Below, piece after piece: positions 38,808-48,496 of a stretch of DNA of 64,000 nucleotides. The notes beneath the pieces were generated by a model. It had not been told where the DNA came from. It did no database searches and saw nothing but the letters and a program-made list of their open reading frames with translations. The translations under genes and the position numbers were made by a program. Within the stretch, counting starts at the first letter, position 1; every line of letters begins with the position of its first letter. Source of the stretch: an uncultured Actinomycetes bacterium (GTDB lineage: Bacteria; Actinomycetota; Thermoleophilia; RBG-16-64-13); assembly GCA_963829545.1 (NCBI GenBank), contig CAWHIX010000008.1, positions 127,324-191,323 of the forward strand, read 5' to 3'.

Positions 38808-39551
38808 ATGAAGCTCTTCGTCTTGGACGGGGGCCGCGCGCACCTGCCCGACATGAACCACCTGACGCCGGACCGCAACGTGGGCAAGCCCATCACCATC
38901 CCCATCGTGATGTTCCTGATCGACCATCCCAAGGGACTGGTGGTGTTCGACACGGGTGTGGATACCGACGATAAGGACGATCCCTTCCTCGACGCCGAGC
39001 CCGGGCAGCGCATCGACAGGCAGATCGAACGTTTGGGCTACAAGACGAGCGATGTCAAGTATGTGGTCGTATCTCACCTGCACATCGACCACATCGGGGG
39101 CATGGTCTTCTTCCCCGATGCCACCTTCATCGTCCGGCGCCAGGAACTGCGGGCCGCCTGGTGGCCGGACGCTTCCGAGCGGGGCTACGACTTCGAGAGG
39201 CTTCTGCCCACCCGCGGTCTCAGATATCTGCAGCCCGCCGAGGGGGAGACCGTGGACGTGTTCCAAGACGGCTCTCTGTTGTGCATCGACACCAAGGGGC
39301 ACACGGAGGGCCACCAGTCGCTTGTCGTTCGGCTGCCCGAATCGGGCACGAGTGGTCCTCGCCGGTGACGCGGTCCAGGTGGCCGAGAACCTGGACGCTG
39401 TCGTGCCTCCCGGCCCGTGCTGGAGCAACCGCTGGGCGGTCCAGCAGATCGAGATGCTGCAGCACATGCGGGCCGAGGGGGCGCTGGTCATACTGGGGCA
39501 CGAACTGGCCCAGCTGGATACTTTGAAGCTGGCGCCCGCTTACTACGACTG
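38808..39551 (+). CDS. Metallo-beta-lactamase-fold hydrolase (N-acyl-homoserine-lactonase-like), one apparent frameshift near 39350.
   Basis: HLHIDHIGG (HxHxDH) motif. C-terminal part in ORF 38956..39552 (..VVLAGDAVQVAENLDAVV..ILGHELAQL..). Confidence 0.65.
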
Positions 39552-39629
39552 ACCAAAACAGAGGCCGGGCGCCCCGAGGCGCCCGGCCGCGTCGACACGC
39601 TGGCGCTGTGGCTCTCGCCGTCCCTCCCG

Positions 39630-40376
39630 CTACTTCAGCCCCGCGATGATGTCGGCCAGCCCGTTGGCGGCCGCGCCGAGGCAACTCTTCGTGATCGTGG
39701 CGACCACGGTGTTGTAGCCCTTCGACTTGTAGGTCGTGTACAAAGTCCGGTAGTAGGGATGGGACAACACGGCAGCTGCCACCGTCTTCGCATAGGCGGC
39801 TTCGGCGTCGGCGATCGGTTCAAGGCTGTCCAGAACAGCCCATCCGGAGTTGGTGGTCGCCGACCTGGTCAGCGTGTCCACCTTCAGCTCATATCTGTTG
39901 TGCGTGAAGCCCTCCGTGTAGTAGTTGTCGGTATGCAGGGGATTGCACACGTCCGCGTAGTAGTGGGCCAGAATGCCCAAGGCTTTGCTTGCAGCGGACT
40001 TGTTGCCGGCGGCTACGTACGTCTTCACCTGCGCGTAGTAGAGCTTCACCTGGTCCGGGGCGGTGCCGTAGGTGGCAGGCACCGGGGTGGTGTCCGGCGC
40101 TAGCACCGCCGGGTGGTAGTTGTGATTGGCGTCAGGGGTACCGGTGTAGTCGGGATCGTCGCAGGCTGCCAGGGCGGTGCTCATCACCAGCCAGGGGACG
40201 GCGCTGGTGCCGCCCGCCAGTCTGACTGCTTGGGATACGATCCAGTCGTGGCCGCCGTAGGAACTCAGGTTTCCTTCGCCGTTCGCCCATCCCTGCGCGG
40301 CGGTTGCCGGCGCCAGCAAGGCGACCAAAATCATGATGAAGAAGAGAACGTAGAGAAGTGGATGCCGGCGTGTCAT
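39630..40376 (-). CDS. Secreted zinc-dependent phospholipase C / P1-nuclease superfamily protein.
   Basis: N-terminal signal peptide MTRRHPLLYVLFFIMILVALLAPATAA. HDWIVSQAV and HYYADVCNPLHTDNY correspond to Bacillus cereus PLC HLWIVNRAI / HYLGDVNQPMH, as I recall it. Confidence 0.6.
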   Translation of the reverse strand: MTRRHPLLYVLFFIMILVALLAPATAAQGWANGEGNLSSYGGHDWIVSQAVRLAGGTSAVPWLVMSTALAACDDPDYTGTPDANHNYHPAVLAPDTTPVPATYGTAPDQVKLYYAQVKTYVAAGNKSAASKALGILAHYYADVCNPLHTDNYYTEGFTHNRYELKVDTLTRSATTNSGWAVLDSLEPIADAEAAYAKTVAAAVLSHPYYRTLYTTYKSKGYNTVVATITKSCLGAAANGLADIIAGLK

Positions 40377-40502
40377 GACGCGTACCTCCTCGCGACACTT
40401 GGATGCGAACGGCTCTCTGGATAATCTCAGTATAGGCCGCGCCGTAGGCCGGTCAATCACCCCTTCTGCCCTCGTGGCGGGCGACGCCGCCCGCGGGCCT
40501 AG

Positions 40503-40549
40503 CTAGGTCGGCTTGACCCAGCGGGCTCTAGGTCGGCTTGACCCAGCGG
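40503..40549. repeat. 25-bp tandem duplication at the 3' end of the methyltransferase gene (22-bp unit ctaggtcggcttgacccagcgg x2 with a 3-nt spacer).
   Basis: Direct repeat read from the sequence. It alters and extends the methyltransferase C-terminus (..AAAGSSRPRARWVKPT*). Confidence 0.5.
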
Positions 40550-41210
40550 CTGCCACAAAGGCCCCCGTCTCCAGGTGGTGCGCGCGTCCGGCCTCCTCGA
40601 CCCGCAGGACCTGCTCGGGGGGATCGTCCTTCTGGAAATGGACTACCGTCTCGGTGTGTCCGGGGACGGAGGTCAGAGCCAGCAGTTCGTCGGGCGATCG
40701 GAAGTAGGCCTTCTCCAGGACGTGCTCCTGACCGCGCTCCGTCTTGGCCCGGCGCCGGGCCGCCCAGGGGCTGAGGCTGTTGAGGGTTCCGACCACGATA
40801 AGTCCGCCGGGTTTCGTGACCCGAAAGAGCTCGGCCACCGCCCCGGTGCCGTCCTCGATGAACTCGAGAGCAGTCACCGACACGGCCTTGTCGAACGACC
40901 CGTCGGCGAAAGGCAGCTGCGCCATGTCGCCGCTCACTGCCCGGAAGGGATAGCCTGCCGCCTTGCGGGTGGCCGCGTCCAGCATCGGTTGGGAGATGTC
41001 CAGCCCCACCACCTCAGCTCCCGCAGCCAGATAGTCGATGGTGAACACGCCCGTCCCACAGCCGGCGTCGAGTATCCTGTCATCCCCGCTCGGGCGCAAC
41101 ATCTCCAGTATCAGCCGGCCCTCGACCTCTCTAACGAGGTGTCCGATGGGCGTGGCGAACCAGGCGTCGTAGCGCTCGGGCCAATCGTCGAACAGTTCTT
41201 TCTCGGTCAT
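40503..41210 (-). CDS. Class I SAM-dependent methyltransferase.
   Basis: ILDAGCGTGVFT (motif I) and VGLDISQPML. The C-terminus is altered by a 25-bp tandem duplication at the 3' end. Confidence 0.75.
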   Translation of the reverse strand: MTEKELFDDWPERYDAWFATPIGHLVREVEGRLILEMLRPSGDDRILDAGCGTGVFTIDYLAAGAEVVGLDISQPMLDAATRKAAGYPFRAVSGDMAQLPFADGSFDKAVSVTALEFIEDGTGAVAELFRVTKPGGLIVVGTLNSLSPWAARRRAKTERGQEHVLEKAYFRSPDELLALTSVPGHTETVVHFQKDDPPEQVLRVEEAGRAHHLETGAFVAAAGSSRPRARWVKPT

Positions 41211-41337
41211 GCCGACCTCTTCTCGATCTCTCAGGCAGTGCCCCAGCTTAGCCCCCCTCCGGCTGGGATGGAAACGAACGGATGCTGTAGTGGTGTAGGC
41301 TGGTCGTGGATATCCCTTTCCGTCCTCTGGGGGGAAC

Positions 41338-41865
41338 ATGGATCTGAGTCGGTTCGAAGAGATGGACGCCGCCGAACTCCGCGAGTACCTGGAGTTCCTC
41401 CTGTGGCACTACCGAGTGGTCGATAGCTTCTGGTTCATCTATGTGGAAGAGGGGCGGGGCAGGGCCGAGGCCGAGAGGTTGAACGAGCGCGTGTGGGAGA
41501 GGGTCTCGGGGCTGGCGGCGCGTGATCTGGTGTCGAGGTTCGGCATCACCGAGGGGGGTCTGAAGGGCTTTGTCAGACTTCTTCGCCTCTATCCCTGGGC
41601 CACGCTACTCGGTTACGAGTTCGAAGAGTCACCGGACGAGGTGGTGCTCACCGTACCCGTCTGCGCCACCCAGGAAGCACGCCGGCGCCGCGGCCTGCCC
41701 GAGTACGAATGCTGCGAGATGCATCGCCAGGAGTTCGTCGAGTTGGCCAAGGTGGTCGACCCTCGCCTGCGCGTATCGTGCGATTTCGCCCCGCCGGGCC
41801 CGCGGCCGGCCGGGGTAGACTGCCGCTGGCGGTACACGCTGGAGTCGGACGCGGCAGACACGTGA
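41338..41865 (+). CDS. Hypothetical protein (175 aa), no family recognised.
   Basis: Intact ORF with balanced composition. Start coincides with the end of the divergent methyltransferase region. Confidence 0.4.
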   Translation: MDLSRFEEMDAAELREYLEFLLWHYRVVDSFWFIYVEEGRGRAEAERLNERVWERVSGLAARDLVSRFGITEGGLKGFVRLLRLYPWATLLGYEFEESPDEVVLTVPVCATQEARRRRGLPEYECCEMHRQEFVELAKVVDPRLRVSCDFAPPGPRPAGVDCRWRYTLESDAADT

Positions 41866-41896
41866 TTCCCGCTCGCTGAACGGCCGTCATTCCCAC

Positions 41897-42406
41897 CGTT
41901 CGTAGCAGACGATCTCGCCGAGGGGCTTGCGCTGCTTGGGCCGGGGAGGCGGCGTCGGCCGCGGGGTAGCCAAGGGTCATGAGTTCGATCACTTTGGCCG
42001 ACTCCGGGATCCCCAGAACCTCCCGGACGGGGTCCTGATCGAAGGCTCCGATCCAGCATGTTCCGAGGCCCTCGGCCGCAGCGGCCAACGCCAGATGCTC
42101 CATGGCGATGGCGAGGTCGACCGCATCCCCCGGCACTCCGCAACGCATCACGCGGTCGGGCATCAGGCCCACGCCGGCGACGACCACCGGGGCCTCGGCG
42201 ACGTGCCGCTGGTTGGCGCAGGCCACGGATAGGCGGGCACGGATCTCGCCGTCACGTACCACCACGAACCTCCACGGCTGGCGATTGGAGCCCGAGGGGG
42301 CCAGGCGGACGGCCTCGAGCACCCGCTCCAGCTTCTCCTGCTCGACAGGTCGGGGTTCGTACGAGCGGACCGAATGACGCGCGCTCACAAGCTCCAGAAA
42401 GTCCAT
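41897..42406 (-). CDS. Nitroreductase-family protein, one apparent frameshift near 41955.
   Basis: ARHSVRSYEPRPVE...SGSNRQPWRFVVV. After a 1-nt shift in a ccccggccc run the C-terminus reads PKQRKPLGEIVCYERWE*, the canonical nitroreductase ending. Confidence 0.75.
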
Positions 42407-42481
42407 GGTTATCTCCGTTCATAGCCCGTGGCTTGCGGGGCGCGCGGGTAGCTCTGCTTCCCGCAGGCTGCGGGAGGTCTC

Positions 42482-42751
42482 TCAGCCGCCGCCGATGGGA
42501 GGCATGATGCGGATCTCGTCTCCCTCCGCGAGGGGGGTGTCCAGCCCTCCGGCCTGACGGACGTTCCTTCCGTTGAGGAACACGCCCACCCACACGGTGC
42601 CGTCCTCGCGAAACACTCTGCTACGCAGCCGTGGTTCCTTGTCCACGCAGTCTGCGAGGGCCTCTCCGACCGTGGCCCCCCGGCATTCGAGGCGAGAGGT
42701 CCCGGCCGCGCCGACGAGGCCGGGCGGCAACTTGATGTAGGCGAGAGGCAT
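42482..42751 (-). CDS. MoaD/ThiS-family beta-grasp protein (89 aa).
   Basis: Ends ...LAEGDEIRIMPPIGGG. It lies between the ferredoxin gene and the nitroreductase gene of the AOR unit. Confidence 0.7.
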   Translation of the reverse strand: MPLAYIKLPPGLVGAAGTSRLECRGATVGEALADCVDKEPRLRSRVFREDGTVWVGVFLNGRNVRQAGGLDTPLAEGDEIRIMPPIGGG

Positions 42752-42766
42752 CGCCGGCCGGCGCGG

Positions 42767-43243
42767 TCAGACTACCGTCAGGGCGCGGTCGGCCTTGCTC
42801 GTCTTGACCTCGACCGCAAGGACGTGTGGGTTCTGGCAGAAGGCGACGCACTGCGGCTCGCCGTCGCACAGGTCGCACTTGAAGGCCACGTGGCGCTCAG
42901 GATGCTCGAAGATCACGCCATGCGGGCACACTTCATAGCATTCCCCGCAGTTGGTGCAGAGCGTCTCGTCCACCCGCAGCACGTAGCCGGAGACGGCGTC
43001 GCCACCCGTGGGGTGCACCACGATCTCGTGCCGCTGGATGGCCTGCGCGGGGCAGACCTCCTCGCATTTGGCGCAGGCCGTCTGCAGGCAGGTGCGCCCT
43101 TTCACGACTATGACCGTCGGGTCCACGTCCACGCGCAGCCGGGAGACCGAGGGCCGATAGGCGCCCTCGTGCCAGGCCGAGCAGGCGAGCTCGCACATGT
43201 GGCAGCCGGTACACTTCTTGTTGCTGATCATGACGTGTGGCAT
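42767..43243 (-). CDS. Poly-[4Fe-4S] ferredoxin (AOR electron-transfer subunit type).
   Basis: 158 aa with four CxxCxxCxxxCP-type motifs (CTGCHMCELAC, CAKCEEVCP, CTNCGECYEVCP, CDLCDGEPQCVAFC). The ATG corresponds to 'cat' at 43241-43243. The rest of the 533-aa ORF is antisense to the AOR gene. Confidence 0.8.
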   Translation of the reverse strand: MPHVMISNKKCTGCHMCELACSAWHEGAYRPSVSRLRVDVDPTVIVVKGRTCLQTACAKCEEVCPAQAIQRHEIVVHPTGGDAVSGYVLRVDETLCTNCGECYEVCPHGVIFEHPERHVAFKCDLCDGEPQCVAFCQNPHVLAVEVKTSKADRALTVV

Positions 43244-43269
43244 GGGATCGCCTTTCCTCGCGCCTGGGA

Positions 43270-45069
43270 TCAGAGACGCACGTCGACGCCGACCTCGGCC
43301 AGCTTGGCCTCGGTCGGCACCCCGTTCTCGTCCCATCCCCGCAGCCGATAGTATTCTCTTAGGCCCTCCGCGAACGCCTCCCGGCCTATGGCCTTGCCGG
43401 CCGCTGGGCCTTCGGAGAAGGCGTCGCCGAGCTCGACGAGCTTCGCAGGAACCGCGTCGGCCTCGACTCCTTCGCGCAGGTTGAAGAGCCGGCCCAGGTT
43501 CCAGATGCGCTCCCCGAGGCGCATGACGTCGTCCTCGGTCCACTCCTTGTGCCACACGTGGCGCAGCATCTGCGAAAGCTGGTCGGGGTCGACGCCCCAG
43601 AAGTCGCACCAGATGCCGCTGAACTTGGCCGAGCTGAAGTTCTGGCCGATGAAGCCGTCGGCCACGCGGCCGCCGATGACTTGGGCCGCCTTGCCCTCCA
43701 GGCTGTCGGGCGGACGCGAACCCTCCAGGATCTCGTCGGCTACCGGATAGGTGCGCATGTGACAGCCACCCCGGTCGGAAGTGGCGTAGGCCAGGCTCAT
43801 GCCGAAGGTGCCCCGGGGATCGTAGCCGGGCAGTTCGAGGTTCTTGACCTCCATGGCCAGCTCGGGCACGCCATACTTGGCCGCCAGAGCCCGCGCGCCG
43901 AGCGCCAGCTCCGCTCCTGCGTCCCGACGAGCGGCGATGAGCTCGGGCATGCGCAGGTAGCCCTCCGGTTCGCCGAAGCGGACGCCGAAGTCGGCCACGC
44001 CTCGCTCGGTCATGTCCATGGCCAGGGCCACGACCGAGCCGGTGGAGATGGTGTCGAGCCCCCACTCGTCGCACTCGCGGTTGAAGCGCATGAGGGCTTC
44101 GATGTCGCCCATGCCGCAGTTGGTGCCGCACAGGGCGATGGTCTCGAACTCCGGGCCCTCGGACTTCACATCCCCGATCTCGTGCACCTGCCGGCAGGAC
44201 AGGGAGCACTGATAGCAGCCCCGATTGCCGACCTTGATCTTCTGAAAGGCCTCGGAGTTGATGTTGCCCACCTCTTCGAAGCTGCCGGCGGACCAGTTGC
44301 GCGTGGGGATGGCACCCGCCCCGTCCACGGGGTCGACGAGGATGGGCGTGCCCTCCTCGTTGGCCCACAGGTTGGCGTCGGTGAGCACGTACTCCTTGTG
44401 CATGCGGACCATGTCGGCCAGGAAGGCCCGCGCGTCGCCCACGGACACCGACCCGGTGCCGCGAACGGCTACGGCCTTCAGGTTCTTGGCGCCGAAGAGG
44501 GCGCCGTGGCCGCCCCGTCCGGCCTTGTGGAACTGGTCGGTGCTGAGGCAGGCCCAGGGTAGGCGGTTCTCGCCTCCGGGTCCGATGGAAAGCACCTTCG
44601 CCTGGGGGTCGAGATCACGCCGCAGCGCCGCTTCGACCTCGGAGGTCTTCAGACCCCAATACTCCTCGGCGGGCAGGAACTCCACCTTGCCGTCCGCGAT
44701 CCAGACCACCGTGGGGGAGGAGGCGGCGCCACTGATGATGACGATGTCGTAGCCCGCGAACTTCAACTCCGGGGCGAAGGAGCCGCCCACATAGCTGTCG
44801 TCGAGGATGCCGGTGGTGGGGCTCTTGGCTCCCACGACCAGGCGGGAAGCGGTGCTGACGTTGGTGCCCGCGAAGGGGCCGGTGACCAGGAAGACCGGGT
44901 TGTCCGGCGACCAGGGGTCGACTCCCGGTGGGACGTACTCCCACATGTAGCGGAGGAGGAGCCCTTTGCCTCCCAGATACAGCTCCGCCCAGTCCATGTT
45001 GAGCGGCTCGGTCGTCGCCGTGAGACTGGTGAGATCGACGCGAAGGACGCGTCCCTGGTAGAAGTCCAC
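43270..45069 (-). CDS. Tungsten-type aldehyde:ferredoxin oxidoreductase (AOR), copy 3, intact.
   Basis: 599 aa. MDFYQGRVLRVDLT.., LFGAKNLKAVAV, ..GREAF..YRLRGWDENGVPT..L.E.G are the AOR N-terminal and C-terminal signatures. Confidence 0.9.
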   Translation of the reverse strand: MDFYQGRVLRVDLTSLTATTEPLNMDWAELYLGGKGLLLRYMWEYVPPGVDPWSPDNPVFLVTGPFAGTNVSTASRLVVGAKSPTTGILDDSYVGGSFAPELKFAGYDIVIISGAASSPTVVWIADGKVEFLPAEEYWGLKTSEVEAALRRDLDPQAKVLSIGPGGENRLPWACLSTDQFHKAGRGGHGALFGAKNLKAVAVRGTGSVSVGDARAFLADMVRMHKEYVLTDANLWANEEGTPILVDPVDGAGAIPTRNWSAGSFEEVGNINSEAFQKIKVGNRGCYQCSLSCRQVHEIGDVKSEGPEFETIALCGTNCGMGDIEALMRFNRECDEWGLDTISTGSVVALAMDMTERGVADFGVRFGEPEGYLRMPELIAARRDAGAELALGARALAAKYGVPELAMEVKNLELPGYDPRGTFGMSLAYATSDRGGCHMRTYPVADEILEGSRPPDSLEGKAAQVIGGRVADGFIGQNFSSAKFSGIWCDFWGVDPDQLSQMLRHVWHKEWTEDDVMRLGERIWNLGRLFNLREGVEADAVPAKLVELGDAFSEGPAAGKAIGREAFAEGLREYYRLRGWDENGVPTEAKLAEVGVDVRL

Positions 45070-45406
45070 TTTGCCCCCTTACCGGCACGTGAGGGTGATC
45101 CGAATCTGCCTCGAGGATCGTGCCCGCGCCTGGCGGACGCCGTCGCCGCCATTGTACTCGCGGCCCCTATCGACAGCAATGTATATGCTGTTGCTTTATG
45201 CACCCTCTCTGTGAGATGTTGGGGGCGGTGACGTTCTCCGCGCCACGCTTCAAAGTGCGACGGTCGCCTCCCCTGTGCCGCGGCATTTCGCTTGAAGCAT
45301 GGCCGCACTCACTGGCGTTGCTCGTGAGGGCCCACGGCGCGGGGGGAGAATCCGTAGGGCGCCTGTTAGACCGGCCGTAAAGGAGGGCACCACGTGGCTG
45401 CAGATG

Positions 45407-46755
45407 ACGAACGCCCGGTGAAGTTGGACGTCGGCGAACACGGGCTCAAACAGCACGACCTTCGAGTCTGCGACCGTCATCTTCATGGTCTTCTCCCTCG
45501 TGGCGGCGGGCGCCTACGGCATCGAGGAGATGATCCCTGCGTCGGGTCGCGGGCCTGACGCTGGTCATGCTCATGGTGCTGCCCTTCTTGTGGGGATTGC
45601 CGTTCGGTCTGGTGGCCTCAGAACTCGGCTCCGTGAGGCCTCAAGAGGGCGGCTACTACAAGTGGGTGCAGGAAGCGCTGGGCGAGTTCTGGGGCTTTCA
45701 GGCCGGCTGGTGGAGGACCATCTCCGTCTATATCGACAACACCCTCTACGTGATCCTCGCAGGCGGCTATCTCGCATCTCAGTGGAACTTCAACGGCTAC
45801 GAGGAGTTCGCGATCAAAGCCGCCATGATCCTCATCTTCACGTACATCAACATCCGCGGCGTCAGGGATGTCGGCTTCATCACCACGATACTGTCCGTCC
45901 TCGTCATCGCCGCGTTCGCCATCGTCGCGATCGCCGGCTTTCTCAACTGGGACATGAACCCGTTCGTAGCCCTTCACGTCGCACGGCGAGATCCTGGGCG
46001 TGGCGGGCATCTCCTTCGCCGAGTGGATCATGTTCATCGGCGCGGGCCTGGCCATCGGCATGTGGATGTACTCCGGCTATGAGTCCATGTCCACCCTTGC
46101 CGGAGAGCTCAAGAACCCGCAGGTCATCCCCAAGGCCACCCTCTCACCATTCCCCTGATCATGGCCGTCTACATACTGCCGACGATGGCAGGCCTTGCCT
46201 CCATAGGCCAGTGGGATAGCTGGGGTACGACTGCCGACAGTGTCGGGTACGCGGATGTCGTCACTACCTTCTGGGGGGCCGGATTCGGCATCTTCTTCGT
46301 CATCGTCGCGGTCCTGGCTCAGTGTTCGATCTACAACACGTACATCGCCTCGGGATCACGAGGGTTCTTCGCGCTGGCCGATGACCATCTGGCGCCGAAG
46401 ATCCTGGTCAAGGTCGACAAGAAGCACGGCGTGCCGTACGTCGCGGTCATGTCTGTGGCGCATCGTCAACCTGATACTGTGCAACTTCGCTTTCACGACG
46501 GTCGTCATCGTGGACGTGTTCCTGCTGATCTCGTCGTACATCCTGGTCTACATCTCGGCGATGATCCTCAGGAAGAGGATCCCCGAGGAGGAGTACAAGT
46601 TCAAGATCCCGGGCGGGTACCCCTTTCTCGTGTTGCTCTGCGTCGTTCCCATCATCATCGGAGTGGTGTCGTTCTTCATCAACGGCACCGACTTCTTCAT
46701 AGGCGGCCTGATCGGCATTGTCACAGGGCCGATCATGTACGTCATCTGGAAGTGA
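45407..46755 (+). pseudogene. APC-family amino acid/polyamine permease with about 5 apparent frameshifts.
   Basis: Transmembrane segments are distributed over at least 5 frames (VIFMVFSLVAAGAYGIEEMIPASG | LTLVMLMVLPFLWGLPFGLVASELGS...NPFV | GISFAEWIMFIGAGLAIGMWMYSGYE.. | IPLIMAVYILPTMAGLA... | IVNLILCNFAFTTVVIVDVFLLISSYILVYISAMILRK..*). Confidence 0.6.
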
Positions 46756-46840
46756 TGTACGGCGGTCTTGCCAAGAAGGATCCGGTCGAACTACCCGCTC
46801 AATCCCACGGACGCGTCTGGGCGTCGGCGACCTGAAGCGG

Positions 46841-47146
46841 ATGGCCGGCGTCTTCTTCGGTTTCGCGGTCGTGGGTTTCGTGGCCGTTCCGTGGCTGAGA
46901 TGGTTCGAGGGAGACTGGGCGGAGGAGTACTACCGCGAGACCTACGGTCTCCTGGTCTCCGGGTTCTTGGGCAGCTTCGACAGCATGTTGACCGCCATCC
47001 TCGTCATCGCGGGGATCTTCTGTGGCGATAGCCATCGCCTGTACTATCGCCGCAATCAAGCTCGAGCCGAAGAAGGGTGCGGTGCCGCCGTCGTCCGTGG
47101 ACTCGGACTAGTACCTGCAACACACGGCATAGCGAGGTCCAGATGA
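46841..47146 (+). CDS. Possible small membrane protein (2 transmembrane helices). It may be a spurious GC-frame ORF.
   Basis: ORF only. MAGVFFGFAVVGFVAVPWL and ILVIAGIF are hydrophobic stretches. No family recognised. Confidence 0.2.
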   Translation: MAGVFFGFAVVGFVAVPWLRWFEGDWAEEYYRETYGLLVSGFLGSFDSMLTAILVIAGIFCGDSHRLYYRRNQARAEEGCGAAVVRGLGLVPATHGIARSR

Positions 47147-48357
47147 AGGTTCTGCTGGTGGGCGTAGGAGGCGTGGGCGAGGCCATCGCCGTTCTGACCA
47201 AGGACAAGCCCTGGGTGGAGAAGCTGGTGCTGTGCCGACTACAACGTCGACCGGGCCAAGGAGGTCTACGCCAAGGTGGGCTCGCCCGCCAAGATGCCGG
47301 TGGAGTTCATCGACGCGAGCGACCAGAAGCAGATAGAGGCGCTGGCCCGCAAGCACGAGGTCGACCTGATCCACAACGCGGTCGACCCGGTGTTCAACGA
47401 GGCCATCTTCGACGCCGCCTACGAGGTGGGCTGCAACTACATGGACATGGCCATGACCCTGTCCACGCCGCATCCGAAGACCCCTACAACGACCTGCGGC
47501 GTCAAGCTGGGCGACTACCAGTTCGAGCGGGCGGAGAAGTGGGAGAAGAAGGGCCTGCTCGCCTTCGTGGGTATGGGCGTCGAGCCCGGCATGGCCGACG
47601 TCTTCGCCAAGTACGCCGAGAAGAACCTCTTCGACGAGATCGAAGAGATCGGCGTGCGCGACGGCGCCAACCTGGAGGTGCGGGGCTACGAGTTCGCCCC
47701 CAACTTCTCCATCTGGACCACCATCGAGGAGTGCCTCAACCCGCCGGTGGTCTGGGAGAAGGACAAGGGCTGGTGCACCACCGAGCCGTTCTCCGAGCCC
47801 GAGGTCTTCGAGTTCCCCGAGGGCATCGGGCCGGTGGAGTGCGTCAACGTGGAGCACGAAGAGGTGCTGCTGGTGCCGCGCTGGGTCAAGTGCAAGCGGG
47901 TGACCTTCAAGTACGGCCTGGGCGACGAGTTCATCGGCGTGCTCAAGACCATCAAGATGCTCGGCCTCGACAACCGCTTCCCCATCGACGTCAAGGGCGT
48001 CAAGGTGGCGCCGCGCGATGTGGTGGCGGCCTGCCTGCCCGACCCGGCCCACCTGGGCGACCAGATGTTCGGCAAGACCTGCGCCGGCACCTGGGTCAAG
48101 GGCACCAAGGACGGCAAGCCGCGTCAGGTCTATCTCTACCAGGTGGCCGACAACGAGACCTGCATGAAGAACTACGGCGTGCAGGCCGTCGTGTGGCAGA
48201 CGGCGGTCAACCCGGTCATCGCCTGGGAACTGCTGGAGACGCGGAGTGTGGAAGGGCGAGGGCGTGCTCGGGTCCGGAGGCGTTCGACCCCGATCCGTTC
48301 ATGGAGCTGATGCCGAAGTACGACTTCCCCTGCGGCCTCAAGGAGATGAAGGCCTGA
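47143..48357 (+). CDS. Saccharopine-dehydrogenase-family NAD(P) oxidoreductase, with about 3 apparent frameshifts.
   Basis: MKVLLVGVGGVGEAIA Rossmann start. The main body is in ORF 47276..48310. The C-terminal tail ..DPFMELMPKYDFPCGLKEMKA* is in the original frame. Confidence 0.6.
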   Translation: MKVLLVGVGGVGEAIAVLTKDKPWVEKLVLCRLQRRPGQGGLRQGGLARQDAGGVHRRERPEADRGAGPQARGRPDPQRGRPGVQRGHLRRRLRGGLQLHGHGHDPVHAASEDPYNDLRRQAGRLPVRAGGEVGEEGPARLRGYGRRARHGRRLRQVRREEPLRRDRRDRRARRRQPGGAGLRVRPQLLHLDHHRGVPQPAGGLGEGQGLVHHRAVLRARGLRVPRGHRAGGVRQRGARRGAAGAALGQVQAGDLQVRPGRRVHRRAQDHQDARPRQPLPHRRQGRQGGAARCGGGLPARPGPPGRPDVRQDLRRHLGQGHQGRQAASGLSLPGGRQRDLHEELRRAGRRVADGGQPGHRLGTAGDAECGRARACSGPEAFDPDPFMELMPKYDFPCGLKEMKA

Positions 48358-48496
48358 GAGCGAGTGGTCGACGACGTGAAGAAAGCGCCCTAGCGCACCC
48401 CGCTCCGACGGAGTGCGCAAGCTGGCGTGTCAAGGGCGGTGATAGCTCCCGGTGACCTGGCCGCGGTGCTCGTCGCAATAAAGGAGCTGTGAAGCA

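Noticed and set aside
39630-40376. Zn-phospholipase C as a virulence factor or toxin
   Set aside because: The family includes many housekeeping secreted hydrolases and P1-type nucleases. There is no supporting context.
42767-44368. 533-aa minus-strand ORF
   Set aside because: Only the last 158 codons (42767-43243) encode the poly-ferredoxin. Upstream of the ATG at 43243 the ORF is merely open sequence antisense to nothing and overlapping AOR copy 3 out of frame.
45240-45300. Inverted repeat upstream of the permease as a riboswitch
   Set aside because: I do not recognise any known riboswitch consensus. It is kept only as a note inside the amino-group block finding.
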